IMG/VR virus record: IMGVR_UViG_3300045988_180399
Origin: a virus
Length of the DNA: 64,000 nt
Reading direction: 5' to 3' (one strand)
Notes under the pieces: model-generated
Databases searched by the model: none
The model's input: the letters and a program-made list of their open reading frames with translations, nothing else
Told to the model about the DNA's origin: nothing
In this document: piece by piece, positions 37,819 to 47,237 of the stretch
Position numbering within the stretch: position 1 is the stretch's first letter
How the letters are laid out: each line of letters opens with the position of its first letter
Position numbers and translations under genes: made by a program

Positions 37819-38938
37819 GGTTGACATCACGAATACCAGTAATTTAGCCGCTGACCGTGCGCTTGCCTATGAAGCCATTGAAAGGCAGCCTGAAACAGAA
37901 GAAATCGCAGCTTCGAATGAACAGGAGACCGAAGCGAAGCAGCCGGGAAATATCGGCGACCATGTGGCGATGTATCTCAGCCAAATTGGCAGCATCCCCA
38001 TTATGCCGCAGGTGGAAGCGAATCGCTGTATTGAAAAAGTGCAGAAGGGGAATGCCGCTGCCGAACAGCTCGAAACGCTGCGGGTGATTGCCGAGGAGAG
38101 CGGGAATGCAGTTGACCCCGAAATCAAGAAAGACCTGATGAAGGCCATAGAAGCAGGAAGACGGGCGAAAGATAAGGTTGTTGAGGGCAATCTTCGGCTT
38201 GTTGTGTCCATCGCAAAGAAATATATAAACTCAGCCGATTCTATGGTGTTCATGGACCTCATTCAGGAGGGCAACATTGGCCTCATGCGTTCCATCGACT
38301 CTTTTGACATTTCGAGGAATGTGAAGTTTTCCACCTACGCAACCTTCTGGATAAGGCAAAACATCACAAGAGCGCTTGCCACGACGGACCCAGCCATTCG
38401 CAAGCCCATCTATGTTGCGGAGGGCAGGCGGAGCGTCAATAATGCAAAAGAACAAATGCAACAAAAAGGCTTACCTTGTGATGACCCTTTAGAAATCGCA
38501 AAATACATGGAGGGGGATGCGTGGGATTCCCTTTCAAAAAGGGAGCAGCAGAAAAAACTGCGCATCATCCAACACTCGCTCCAGTACCGGAAGCCGGACT
38601 CGTTGGATGCGCCCGTCAATTCGGACGCCGCAAGCGATTCCAACACACCGCTTTCGGAATTCATCCCAAGCCATAACGAGTGGGATAACCCGGAAATTTC
38701 AACGTCAGGGAAGGCACTATGGGAAACGATGGACAAAATCCTGCACGATATGCCCGCACGAGACGCCTGTGTGCTTCGCTTACGATTCGGATTGGAGGAT
38801 GGTTGTGCTTATACCCTCAAAGAAATCGGGGACGAAATGGACTTAACGCGAGAGCGTGTCCGTCAGGTTACAGATAAAACACTCGATAAGCTACGCAACG
38901 GAAAGGCAGGGAAGATGCTTCAGGACTTTCTTGAATAA
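37819..38938 (+). CDS. RNA polymerase sigma-70 family sigma factor (regions 1.2, 2, 3, 4)
   Basis: ~373 aa; likely GTG start 37819 after GAAGGGGGGG (ORF open from 37766); region 1.2 DHVAMYLSQIGSIPIMP, region 2 NLRLVVSIAKKY...LIQEGNIGLMRSIDSFD...FSTYATFWIRQ, region 4 LTRERVRQVTDKTLDKLR. Confidence 0.8.
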
Positions 38939-38941
38939 GAA

Positions 38942-38970
38942 ACGCCGCCCAGATGGGCGGCGTTTTTTTG
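38942..38970 (+). terminator. rho-independent terminator
   Basis: ACGCCGCCC-AGAT-GGGCGGCGT + T7. Confidence 0.8.
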
Positions 38971-39044
38971 CTATTCTCCGTTTCTTAAATCCAATCGAGC
39001 AGTTCCGCCAGCGTGAAGCGGACATTGCGCGTGACGATATGTAT

Positions 39045-39213
39045 TCTTCGGTTCTCAGGTTCCCAACATTAAAATAGGCGTGTTTCCATATTTGCCGGTA
39101 TGCTCAGAGCATACAAAGGAAGTATCTCAAACACAAAGAAAGTTCAGTCAGCGTCCGTTGCGGATGCTGGCTTTTATATATAAAAAATTCATAAACAAAA
39201 AGGAGAAATGAAC
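39045..39213 (+). promoter_or_regulatory. Conserved structured leader module, copy B
   Basis: GGTTCTCAGGTTCC box; hairpin-1 GTATGCTC-A-GAGCATAC; AAGTATCTCAAACACAAAGAAAGTTCAGTCAGCG; hairpin-2 TCCG-TTGC-CGGA in CAGCGTCCG..CGGATGCTG; GGCTTTTATATATA; AAAAGGAGAAATGAAC ATG. Confidence 0.7.
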
Positions 39214-39579
39214 ATGAAAGCAATGATGTTTAAGAGGGGTTTCGGTGACGAAACAAAGTGGAAAGAGGTCTGCGCGGAGCTTGGGCTGCCGGAAGATACG
39301 GAGCAGGTTGAGTTGTCCGTATCCGCAACAAAGGTCCGTACCAGCCAAAACCGCAGTTGGGAAGCGACCGACGAGGAGATGTCCCGAATTTGGGAACGCC
39401 TCGGCTCGTATTTCTTGCGCTGCGAGAGCATCTCCAGAACGAACATTCGCGTTTTCTGTGGCGGCGGAGATTCCTTTTCCGTTGTTCGCGGCACAACGCA
39501 GCCTGGATTCGTCGAGGTGGATGGACGGCTGATGGACTATGAAGACTTTGAAGCCTGGCTGTACCAGATGGCAGCTTGA
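39214..39579 (+). CDS. hypothetical protein
   Basis: 122 aa. Confidence 0.45.
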   Translation: MKAMMFKRGFGDETKWKEVCAELGLPEDTEQVELSVSATKVRTSQNRSWEATDEEMSRIWERLGSYFLRCESISRTNIRVFCGGGDSFSVVRGTTQPGFVEVDGRLMDYEDFEAWLYQMAA

Positions 39580-39592
39580 GAAAGGAGAAAAC

Positions 39593-40006
39593 ATGAACGC
39601 ACAGGAAAAAATCGACCAGCTTATGCAAGCCGAGATGGAGCATATCCGTTCCGTCGGCGGCATTTTGAATCTGCCGGAGGCCGACAGTGTTCTGAACGAC
39701 CTGAACCGAGAAAAGCTGAAGGCTCTGAAGGAACTGCACGGACATCTCTACCTCGGACGCATCAACATCCACGATACAGCCAAGCGGATTCGTATTGTGG
39801 AAGGAACCGAAGATGTGTACGAGGAAATGCTGGACCAGCCCCTATACAACTTCTGCTGTGATTTTGCCGTGCCCGTCAAGGATAAAACCTTGTCGGATTT
39901 GATTCGTGCTTGGAACGCAAGATTCGCGATTCCCGGTATGAAGGACGCGCAGAAAATCACAGAGCGTGTGGAGCAGGTTGGCGGCATAAATTTGATGTGG
40001 ACTTAA
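39593..40006 (+). CDS. hypothetical protein
   Basis: 137 aa; RBS AAAGGAGAAAAC. Confidence 0.45.
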   Translation: MNAQEKIDQLMQAEMEHIRSVGGILNLPEADSVLNDLNREKLKALKELHGHLYLGRINIHDTAKRIRIVEGTEDVYEEMLDQPLYNFCCDFAVPVKDKTLSDLIRAWNARFAIPGMKDAQKITERVEQVGGINLMWT

Positions 40007-40023
40007 AAAAGGAGAAATGAAAC

Positions 40024-41019
40024 ATGAATAATAGAATCATGCCGAAGTGGAGCGAAGTAAAGGATGTCAATGGCATCAACCTTCACCTGTTCGACGCCGT
40101 ACAGGTCATCACCTCCGGCAACAAGCGCCATAACCAGACGGGCAGAATCATGGCCCTTCTGAAGACCAAGCCTTACCTCCAGATGGTAGAGGTGCTGTTT
40201 CAGGACGAGAAGCGGTCAAATTTCCTTACGTCATCTCTTCGTCTCGTTGAAAGCTCAGAGGAAGAGAAGGGAAAGTCACTGGCAAAAATCGACTCCCTGA
40301 AGCTCATGGGAGCAGAAATCACCGACTCTGATTTCTGCGTTGACCGTTATAATAACGATGCTTTCCTATTTGACGATGAAACGCAGACGTGGAACGTCAT
40401 GCTGGAAGGCATTTCCGATGTGGACCGACTATTCGGAACCTTTTTTGAAACGGAGCAGAACGATTCCTACTGTAACATCTATGCGGATGTAGACGAATAC
40501 TGCACCAAGCTCGCAAAGCCATACCTCACGGTATCTCTGTGGCTCGGTGATGTCTGTGTAGAGGCAGTGCGCCCCTTATCAAAGGACGAGCAGGAAGCAG
40601 TGCTTCGCATCATCCGTCCTACCTACGAGAAGATGGACTACAAGAAGCTCCTGAAGGAGTGGGATGCGGAAGAGCAGAAATATGTGAACAGCATCATGCT
40701 GGAAGACGGCGATGGCTGCTACGGGTACAAATTCGCTGCCGATACCATTGAGGCCGCTAAGGCTGGCTTCCATGAGGTCATCTGGATGGCGATTGAGCTG
40801 AAGCAGTACCGTTCCGGTCAGGATTTCAGCGTCAACTCCTTTATCGAGGACGGTGACGGCAAGTATGTCGAGTCCGACAGGGAAGGCCACATCGTCATCA
40901 ATCGCGTCGTCACAACGCAGGAACCCAGCAAGTATATCAACTGGGAGATGGCTGGCACGCTGCCATTCATCTATACGGTGGACCGCGAGAAGAGCGAGTG
41001 GAAGCTCCACGCGACTTAA
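40024..41019 (+). CDS. hypothetical protein
   Basis: 331 aa; RBS AAAAAGGAGAAATGAAAC. Confidence 0.5.
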   Translation: MNNRIMPKWSEVKDVNGINLHLFDAVQVITSGNKRHNQTGRIMALLKTKPYLQMVEVLFQDEKRSNFLTSSLRLVESSEEEKGKSLAKIDSLKLMGAEITDSDFCVDRYNNDAFLFDDETQTWNVMLEGISDVDRLFGTFFETEQNDSYCNIYADVDEYCTKLAKPYLTVSLWLGDVCVEAVRPLSKDEQEAVLRIIRPTYEKMDYKKLLKEWDAEEQKYVNSIMLEDGDGCYGYKFAADTIEAAKAGFHEVIWMAIELKQYRSGQDFSVNSFIEDGDGKYVESDREGHIVINRVVTTQEPSKYINWEMAGTLPFIYTVDREKSEWKLHAT

Positions 41020-41029
41020 CAACTGAAGC

Positions 41030-41063
41030 GCCGGTGGATGAAAATATCCGCCGGCGCTTTTTC
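41030..41063 (+). terminator. rho-independent terminator
   Basis: GCGCCGG...CCGGCGC + TTTTT. Confidence 0.7.
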
Positions 41064-41089
41064 CATGTTTTGCCACAATCGAGTTCTCA

Positions 41090-41257
41090 TATTCTTAGGT
41101 TCTCAATCAGGAAATAGGTGATTTTTTCTCTTCTGCCGGTATGCTGAAATCATACAAAAGAAGTATCTCAAACACAAAGAAAGTTCAGTCAGCGTCCGTT
41201 GCGGATGCTGGCTTTTATATATAAAAATTTCATAAACAAAAAGGAGAAACGAAAAAA
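41090..41257 (+). promoter_or_regulatory. Conserved structured leader module, copy C
   Basis: Same block order as copy B; 3' 95 nt nearly identical to copy B. Confidence 0.7.
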
Positions 41258-41956
41258 ATGAAGAACAAGGCATATCTCTTACCAGCGTGCAAGACTGCTG
41301 ACGGCGTTCCCATCGGCATTGGCTCCGAGGTGTACGCAATCACCTTTAAGCAGAAAGTCAACAAATACGGTCGGCTGTATCGTCCGTCCACGAGAGAGTT
41401 GGCGGTCGTAAAAGTAACGGTGTCTACTGTGACCTTCTCCGAATTTGTGGAACCCGGTTGGTTTGGCTGGACGGGCGTTGCCTATTCGGGAATGACCGAA
41501 GTCGAATGCTCTGATGGTAAAACGAAGACGTTTTCCTACTTGCCCGGTATCGAGGTCAGCCAGTACACCATCTTCGCATCCGAGGACGCCGCAAAGGCCG
41601 CCTTGGAGAAGGCGGAGGCGGGCGGCGGTCTCTATACGAGAGCCGGATTCCCGTTGATGCCTTCTTGGCAGATTGGCGAGGTACGGGCAGCTCTGGAGAA
41701 AGCTGAGCAGAGCACTGAGGAAGAGCCTTCCATCGTTCGCAACATCCCTTATGTCTCCGTTTGGGACGGCGGAAATTGCATTGCGGCGACAAAGGCAGAC
41801 GTCTGTCTGGACACAAAGCAGGTATTCAACATTCAGACCATTGACGTTGGAGATTCTGTCAATGTTCTGAACCATGAGTACATCGTGCTGCACGGAACAG
41901 AGTATACCGTTTTCCCGAAGGGCGAAGCGAAAGACGGCGCATACTGGCGTGACTGA
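41258..41956 (+). CDS. hypothetical protein
   Basis: 232 aa. Confidence 0.5.
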   Translation: MKNKAYLLPACKTADGVPIGIGSEVYAITFKQKVNKYGRLYRPSTRELAVVKVTVSTVTFSEFVEPGWFGWTGVAYSGMTEVECSDGKTKTFSYLPGIEVSQYTIFASEDAAKAALEKAEAGGGLYTRAGFPLMPSWQIGEVRAALEKAEQSTEEEPSIVRNIPYVSVWDGGNCIAATKADVCLDTKQVFNIQTIDVGDSVNVLNHEYIVLHGTEYTVFPKGEAKDGAYWRD

Positions 41957-41980
41957 CAAAAAAGAAGGAGAATGAGAATT

Positions 41981-42646
41981 ATGACTAATATTAGTGAGAA
42001 AACCACCGGTTCCTGCAAAGACCGCGAGTATATCGTGACAGAGGTCTGCCCGCATTGCGAAGCAGAGGTTGAGATGCGATGGAATGTGGCCGCAGACGGC
42101 TACAAGGCGTTCTGCCCTCATTGCGGCAAGCGGCTGATGCTCTGTGACGCCTGCCAGCATCCGGAGGACAAGTGCGTGGAGAACTGCGATTACAACTCCG
42201 AGACCGATACCTGCCGTCACAATCAGCCTGAACAGGAGCTGAAGGCCGGCGATGTCTGTACCTATGGCTTTGGAACGGAGAATGCTTCCCGTGCCACGGT
42301 CAAAATCATCGAGCTGCTGCCTCGTTCTGAGGCTGCAACCGTGATGTTCCTGAGCGTGGAGAGGGACGATACCGGAAACGGTATGTTCAACTACCTGCTC
42401 AAAACCGGGAATACCATGAATGCCAGCCTGAAATATCTGACGAAGATTGAGTGCAGTTCCGACCAGGAACGGGATAACTACGCCGAACTGGAGAAGCTGT
42501 GTACGGAATGCGACACGGAGTTCTGTGTCTTCAATCCGCACGGCATCTGCAAGCTACCCTTCGTCACCGGAAAGGCTCCGAGACTGGGCGATGACGGCTG
42601 CCAGGACTACGCTATGAAGGATTTCATGATGAAGGAGGATTGCTGA
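41981..42646 (+). CDS. hypothetical protein with N-terminal double zinc-ribbon
   Basis: 222 aa; CPHCEAEV...CPHCGKRLMLCDACQH. Confidence 0.45.
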   Translation: MTNISEKTTGSCKDREYIVTEVCPHCEAEVEMRWNVAADGYKAFCPHCGKRLMLCDACQHPEDKCVENCDYNSETDTCRHNQPEQELKAGDVCTYGFGTENASRATVKIIELLPRSEAATVMFLSVERDDTGNGMFNYLLKTGNTMNASLKYLTKIECSSDQERDNYAELEKLCTECDTEFCVFNPHGICKLPFVTGKAPRLGDDGCQDYAMKDFMMKEDC

Positions 42647-42647
42647 A

Positions 42648-43052
42648 ATGCAGAAGACTTGTCTCAACTGTGCTCATGTGGGCGTGTGCTCCAAGCGGAT
42701 GCAGTTCATCGTGAACAACTATCTCGTCAAAAGACACTACAACGAGATTGAGAATGTCAGCAAAACGCTCGATATCTCCGTGAACTGCGACAGCTATGCA
42801 GAAAAGGATTTCTTTTCGTTCATCTGTGCGCGGGTTCGCGACTATTCCGATGGCGAAGTCTGGAGCGATGCGGACCAGATTCTGTGCAAGACAGAATCTG
42901 CCGCGAACGCGCTGTGCGACCTCCTGTGGCAGCTTTACAACGAACGGGGGGAGGCCTTTGACCTCCACACCGGCTACTACGACCCCAAGGAGGACAAGAA
43001 AAACAACGAAGAGGACCGATACACCGGCTGGTGGTATGTGTCCGCCGACTGA
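42648..43052 (+). CDS. hypothetical protein
   Basis: 134 aa; ATG overlaps upstream stop. Confidence 0.45.
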   Translation: MQKTCLNCAHVGVCSKRMQFIVNNYLVKRHYNEIENVSKTLDISVNCDSYAEKDFFSFICARVRDYSDGEVWSDADQILCKTESAANALCDLLWQLYNERGEAFDLHTGYYDPKEDKKNNEEDRYTGWWYVSAD

Positions 43053-43063
43053 AAGGAGAAAAA

Positions 43064-43267
43064 ATGAAAATTGGCAATATCCTTTGGGACACCGACGGCG
43101 ACAGGGAGGCTCTTGCCTCCCTGCCGAAGGAAGTTGAGCTGCCAAGCAGATTCGACCAGTCCCATTTTGCAAGTAGGGAAGAATGGCTCGACACGATTTC
43201 CAACTGGCTGTCCGACGAGTTTGGATTCTGTCATTTGGGGTTCGATGTCGGTGATGACGACATCTGA
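43064..43267 (+). CDS. small acidic hypothetical protein
   Basis: 67 aa; RBS AAAGGAGAAAAA. Confidence 0.4.
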   Translation: MKIGNILWDTDGDREALASLPKEVELPSRFDQSHFASREEWLDTISNWLSDEFGFCHLGFDVGDDDI

Positions 43268-43305
43268 GAATCTACGATTTTTTAACAATAAGGAGAAGTG
43301 AAAAA

Positions 43306-44223
43306 ATGGGAAAAGGTAATGTTTGTGTGAGCGGTCCGTATGAGGGCCTGTTCTATATCGACAACGACTATACCACAGTGCTTCGCCGCGAGGATGACTG
43401 TGAGGATACCATCCTCCAGAAAGACCTCAGCGCCAAGGATTTGTCCGGCAACGACTGGCTCTTCGATGACGAAGGCAGTGCGAACGAGCTGGAGGATGTG
43501 CTGGAGTGCTTTGTGGAGAACTTCACGCACAGGTATCCCAGCTTTGCGCGTGTCAAGCAGGACAAGTGGCTTGGCCGCAATGTGCGCGTCATCCTCGAAA
43601 GCAGCCTGTTTTACATCGGCATTGAGGACAGCGACTGGGCCTATGCCGTGGAACTGCTTCAGAAGGATAACCCCTGTTCGGAGGGTTTCCAGAGGAAGCA
43701 CTACAAGGCGTACCTTGACGGCATGAAAGCAGCCCTGCTGGAGCGCCTGCCAAGCATCGGCACCTACACGGGGCCGTGGACGCATGGCACCATCCGCAGG
43801 GAGCCTGTCAAGGACAACGACCTCCTCGCCGAGGCCGGCGACCGCATCGACAACGCAGTGTTCGACTTCATCTGCGCGGTTGTCACAGGCCACAGCGTAA
43901 ACGGGGAAGCGCCGAAAGAGGCTCTTCTCGCAGCTGTGAATGAGCTTTCCGTGGAACACGTCAACGCGCTTCCGGAGGGCCTCCTGTCTGACGCTACGGA
44001 CGAGGCGAAGGAAGCCGCCGGCGAACACTCCTTACAGGAGGATGCCGACGACGGGCTTCCGCTTCGCTGGGATATGGCCGCCATTGGTCCTGTGGCCGAC
44101 TATCTGGAAACCGCGCTTTCCGCACGGTTCCGCATCAATACCTGCCACCCCTGGCAGGATGATACCGAGTGCATCTGCTACGCGACAGACGAGCGCTGCC
44201 CGTACTGCACCCACAAAATTTGA
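43306..44223 (+). CDS. hypothetical protein (C-terminal Cys cluster)
   Basis: 305 aa; RBS AAGGAGAAGTGAAAAA. Confidence 0.5.
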   Translation: MGKGNVCVSGPYEGLFYIDNDYTTVLRREDDCEDTILQKDLSAKDLSGNDWLFDDEGSANELEDVLECFVENFTHRYPSFARVKQDKWLGRNVRVILESSLFYIGIEDSDWAYAVELLQKDNPCSEGFQRKHYKAYLDGMKAALLERLPSIGTYTGPWTHGTIRREPVKDNDLLAEAGDRIDNAVFDFICAVVTGHSVNGEAPKEALLAAVNELSVEHVNALPEGLLSDATDEAKEAAGEHSLQEDADDGLPLRWDMAAIGPVADYLETALSARFRINTCHPWQDDTECICYATDERCPYCTHKI

Positions 44224-44230
44224 TAAAAAA

Positions 44231-44259
44231 GCGCCGCCCGTAATGGACGGCGCTTTTTC
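44231..44259 (+). terminator. rho-independent terminator
   Basis: GCGCCGCCCG-TAAT-GGACGGCGC + TTTTT. Confidence 0.8.
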
Positions 44260-44269
44260 TTTGCAGTTC

Positions 44270-44444
44270 TCCGGTTCTTCAGTTCTCAGGTTCCTGGAAG
44301 GTGAATGCGGCAATTTCCACTTCCGCCGGTATGCTGAGACCATACCAAAGAAGTATCACAAACAAAAAAGAAAGTTCAGTCAGCGCCCGCGTGGGTGCTG
44401 GCTTTTATATATCACATAACCATCACAAAAAAGGAGAAATGAAA
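44270..44444 (+). promoter_or_regulatory. Conserved structured leader module, copy D
   Basis: GGTTCTTCAGTTCTCAGGTTCC; hairpin-1 GGTATG..CATACC; hairpin-2 CAGCGCCCG-CGTG-GGTGCTG (compensatory changes vs copy B). Confidence 0.7.
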
Positions 44445-45191
44445 ATGGAGATTTATGTAAATTACCTCGCCATTGAGGTCACTCGTCGCTGCAACATGAA
44501 ATGCGAACACTGCCTGCGCGGAGATGCGCAAAATCTTGACATCTCAACCGCAGTTCTGTCGGGCATCGCTAAGCATATCCACCCTGCTTCCGTCATTTTC
44601 ACGGGCGGCGAGCCGTCTTTGAATGTTCCGGCCATCAAGCGGTACTTTGAGCTTGCGGAGCGTTATGACACGATGCCGGCTGCTTTCTATGTCGCCACCA
44701 ACGGAGCGACGTCGAAGGAGCAGATGCGCGACCTCGCGCTGACGCTGCTGGAATCGTATGCTAAGATGGAAGAGCAGGATATGTGCGAGGTCGATGTCTC
44801 TGTGGATATGTTCCACGAGGCGTTCCGCGACAATGACAACGCGAAAATTCTGAGCGGCTTGTCCTTCTTCGGCCAGGGTAAACAGCATTCGGTCAAGGAT
44901 GACGATTTGAATTGGCTGTTAAATACCGGACGTGCCAACAAGAACGGCATCGGCGTAAGAGCACCGGAGGTGCTCAGGACCGACATGGACGAGCTGGTAA
45001 CGGATTACTCCACAGAGTACAACAGCATTGCCTTCGATACGCTCTACATTGCCGCAAACGGTAATGTGGTAGACGGCTGTGACAGCAGTTACGAGGATAT
45101 CGACGACGAGGAGAACGTGATTTGCAAGGTCAACCAGCTTCAGAAGAAAGTGAAAGACTATGTGAAGAACGCCGATTCTCAAATCTCATAA
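44445..45191 (+). CDS. radical SAM enzyme (small, QueE/activase-like size)
   Basis: 249 aa; CNMKCEHC (CxxxCxxC) cluster motif at residues 15-22; SAM-binding glycine motif IFTGGEPSL. Confidence 0.65.
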   Translation: MEIYVNYLAIEVTRRCNMKCEHCLRGDAQNLDISTAVLSGIAKHIHPASVIFTGGEPSLNVPAIKRYFELAERYDTMPAAFYVATNGATSKEQMRDLALTLLESYAKMEEQDMCEVDVSVDMFHEAFRDNDNAKILSGLSFFGQGKQHSVKDDDLNWLLNTGRANKNGIGVRAPEVLRTDMDELVTDYSTEYNSIAFDTLYIAANGNVVDGCDSSYEDIDDEENVICKVNQLQKKVKDYVKNADSQIS

Positions 45192-45203
45192 GGAGGGCTG
45201 AAG

Positions 45204-46634
45204 ATGTTTGGTTTAGACAATCTGTTTGCTCAGACATCCGCACAGAAATTCTACATTAGCAGAGACCGAATCGCGGAAATCCTGCGCGTCAGTCCTGATG
45301 CACTGGACGCCTTCGAGAAGGCTTATTCCAAAGCTGCGTTGCAGACTGAGCCAGGAAGCATTTTCGAGGTCAATTCCAGGCAGGCAGCGGCGAAAAACGA
45401 GCGGCTCGGCGACGACAGCCCGGAAGAGCTGAAAGCTCTTACGGAACGCATCGTGAAGGAGCTTATCGGGCAGACGCTGACCTACACTTATGATGGGAAA
45501 ACAGGCAAAATTGAAAAATCGCTTTCCAACGCACCGGAGAAAAATGCTCCTGTCACCAATCAGGACCTGCTGCGAATTCCCGCTTCGCTGCGACCGCAGC
45601 TGAGTGGGGAACTGATGAAGCGAGACCTTGACATCACCGCCTCAGCTGCGCTCCTGTTCTACTACGACAAGATGCAGAACGGGAAGACGCCGAAGGACCG
45701 TCGGGATGCGTATAACCGCTTTCGGCAGGGACTGGACATCCTTGACCTTGATGCGCTGGCCTACCGCATCATCGGGCAGAATCGCAACTCCATCGGACAT
45801 TGGTTCCCGGAGCTTGTGAGTGCCTACCGGGATTCTGGATTCTTCCGGATTCCGGCAACGACGATAGCCAAGGTCCCCCTGACGCTCTTACAGCTGACTC
45901 GTCTGGACTATCACAGCCTAACGCCTTCGACCATCCAAATCGTCGATAACTGGGCGCACGCTGTATTTCGCCTGAATGACGAGCGGGATTACTTCGTGAA
46001 AACCGGCACCTATTCATCGAAGTTCGACTTCCGGAATTGTCTGGTACACGGAGAAAAAGAGGTTCGAGAGCTTGGCGAGTATTTGCTCTACATCCACCAT
46101 CAGGCGTTACAGATGGCCGGTCCCCTTAGCTTTCCCTGCATTTATGGGGTCTCAACGACAAATGAGTGGGTCGTGCGGGAATTCATTCCAGATAAAGAGG
46201 GAAATCCCTGTATCTATCATGGTTTGCCGCTTCATACGGAATATCGCGTATTTGTTGACTGTGACAGCGATGCTGTCATCGGTGTCTCTCCCTATTGGGA
46301 GCCGAAGACTATGCTCAATCGCTTTGGTTCATGCTCGGACGCAAACAGTCCGCATCAGATGCACGATTATGTGATTTTCAAAAGTCACGAAGCGACCTTG
46401 ATGCGGCGCTACCATGAGAATGTCGATTCCGTGGTGGAACACATTCGGGAATTCCTGCCGGCGCTTGACCTGCAAGGCCAGTGGAGCATCGACGTGATGC
46501 AGAATGGTGACGATTTCTGGATTATCGACATGGCTGTGGCGGAAAATTCGGCGTTCTATGATTGCGTGCCGGAGAGCCTCCGCAGGCCATCTGCTGAAAA
46601 CTGGATACCCGATATTCTGAAGCCCAACAACTGA
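45204..46634 (+). CDS. hypothetical protein, possible ATP-grasp-like C-terminal domain
   Basis: 476 aa; C-terminal segments EYRVFVD and DFWIIDMAVAENS resemble ATP-grasp strand/Mg-binding motifs (weak). Confidence 0.3.
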   Translation: MFGLDNLFAQTSAQKFYISRDRIAEILRVSPDALDAFEKAYSKAALQTEPGSIFEVNSRQAAAKNERLGDDSPEELKALTERIVKELIGQTLTYTYDGKTGKIEKSLSNAPEKNAPVTNQDLLRIPASLRPQLSGELMKRDLDITASAALLFYYDKMQNGKTPKDRRDAYNRFRQGLDILDLDALAYRIIGQNRNSIGHWFPELVSAYRDSGFFRIPATTIAKVPLTLLQLTRLDYHSLTPSTIQIVDNWAHAVFRLNDERDYFVKTGTYSSKFDFRNCLVHGEKEVRELGEYLLYIHHQALQMAGPLSFPCIYGVSTTNEWVVREFIPDKEGNPCIYHGLPLHTEYRVFVDCDSDAVIGVSPYWEPKTMLNRFGSCSDANSPHQMHDYVIFKSHEATLMRRYHENVDSVVEHIREFLPALDLQGQWSIDVMQNGDDFWIIDMAVAENSAFYDCVPESLRRPSAENWIPDILKPNN

Positions 46635-46662
46635 TTTTCTTGACTTGAAAGGAGACAGAAGC

Positions 46663-47208
46663 ATGAAATTGCTGAAAGACTACGAATCCTCCTCTCTCAC
46701 CCTTAAACGGGTTCGGGAGGTCATCGACAGGGCACTGGACGAGCTGGAGTATGACTCCAGGTTCGACGTCAATGTGGCTGCCGAGAACGCCTATTATTAC
46801 TTGGCACACACCGCCTGTTGGGACGAGGACTTGGCCGCATTCCAGGCCCAGCTGGACAACGGCTGCGGTCCTGACGACGGTGCCGGGGCGCTGACCGCTT
46901 ATGAGCGCGTCGAAATCCTGGCCGCACAGGTCGAACGACTCCTGAACGACAAGGAGACCTATGCGTACAGCAAGACCATCGACGAAGATGCCCTGCTGGA
47001 CATTGTTGCCAAGACCCATCCAAGGCTGCTGGCTAAGCGGCCAGCCGATATGTCCGTTGAGGATTTCAAACACCTCTGGACTATGGTAGTTTCTGCCTAC
47101 ATCGTGGGCGGACGCGACTATGCCGAGGACGAGTTCATCAACTATACGGATGCCATCGGCGCGACGCCAGAGGCCGTCGCTGCGGTTATCCGGGCGGGCA
47201 ATGAATAA
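46663..47208 (+). CDS. hypothetical acidic protein
   Basis: 181 aa. Confidence 0.45.
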   Translation: MKLLKDYESSSLTLKRVREVIDRALDELEYDSRFDVNVAAENAYYYLAHTACWDEDLAAFQAQLDNGCGPDDGAGALTAYERVEILAAQVERLLNDKETYAYSKTIDEDALLDIVAKTHPRLLAKRPADMSVEDFKHLWTMVVSAYIVGGRDYAEDEFINYTDAIGATPEAVAAVIRAGNE

Positions 47209-47237
47209 GAAAAATACGGAAAAAGGAGAAATGAAAA

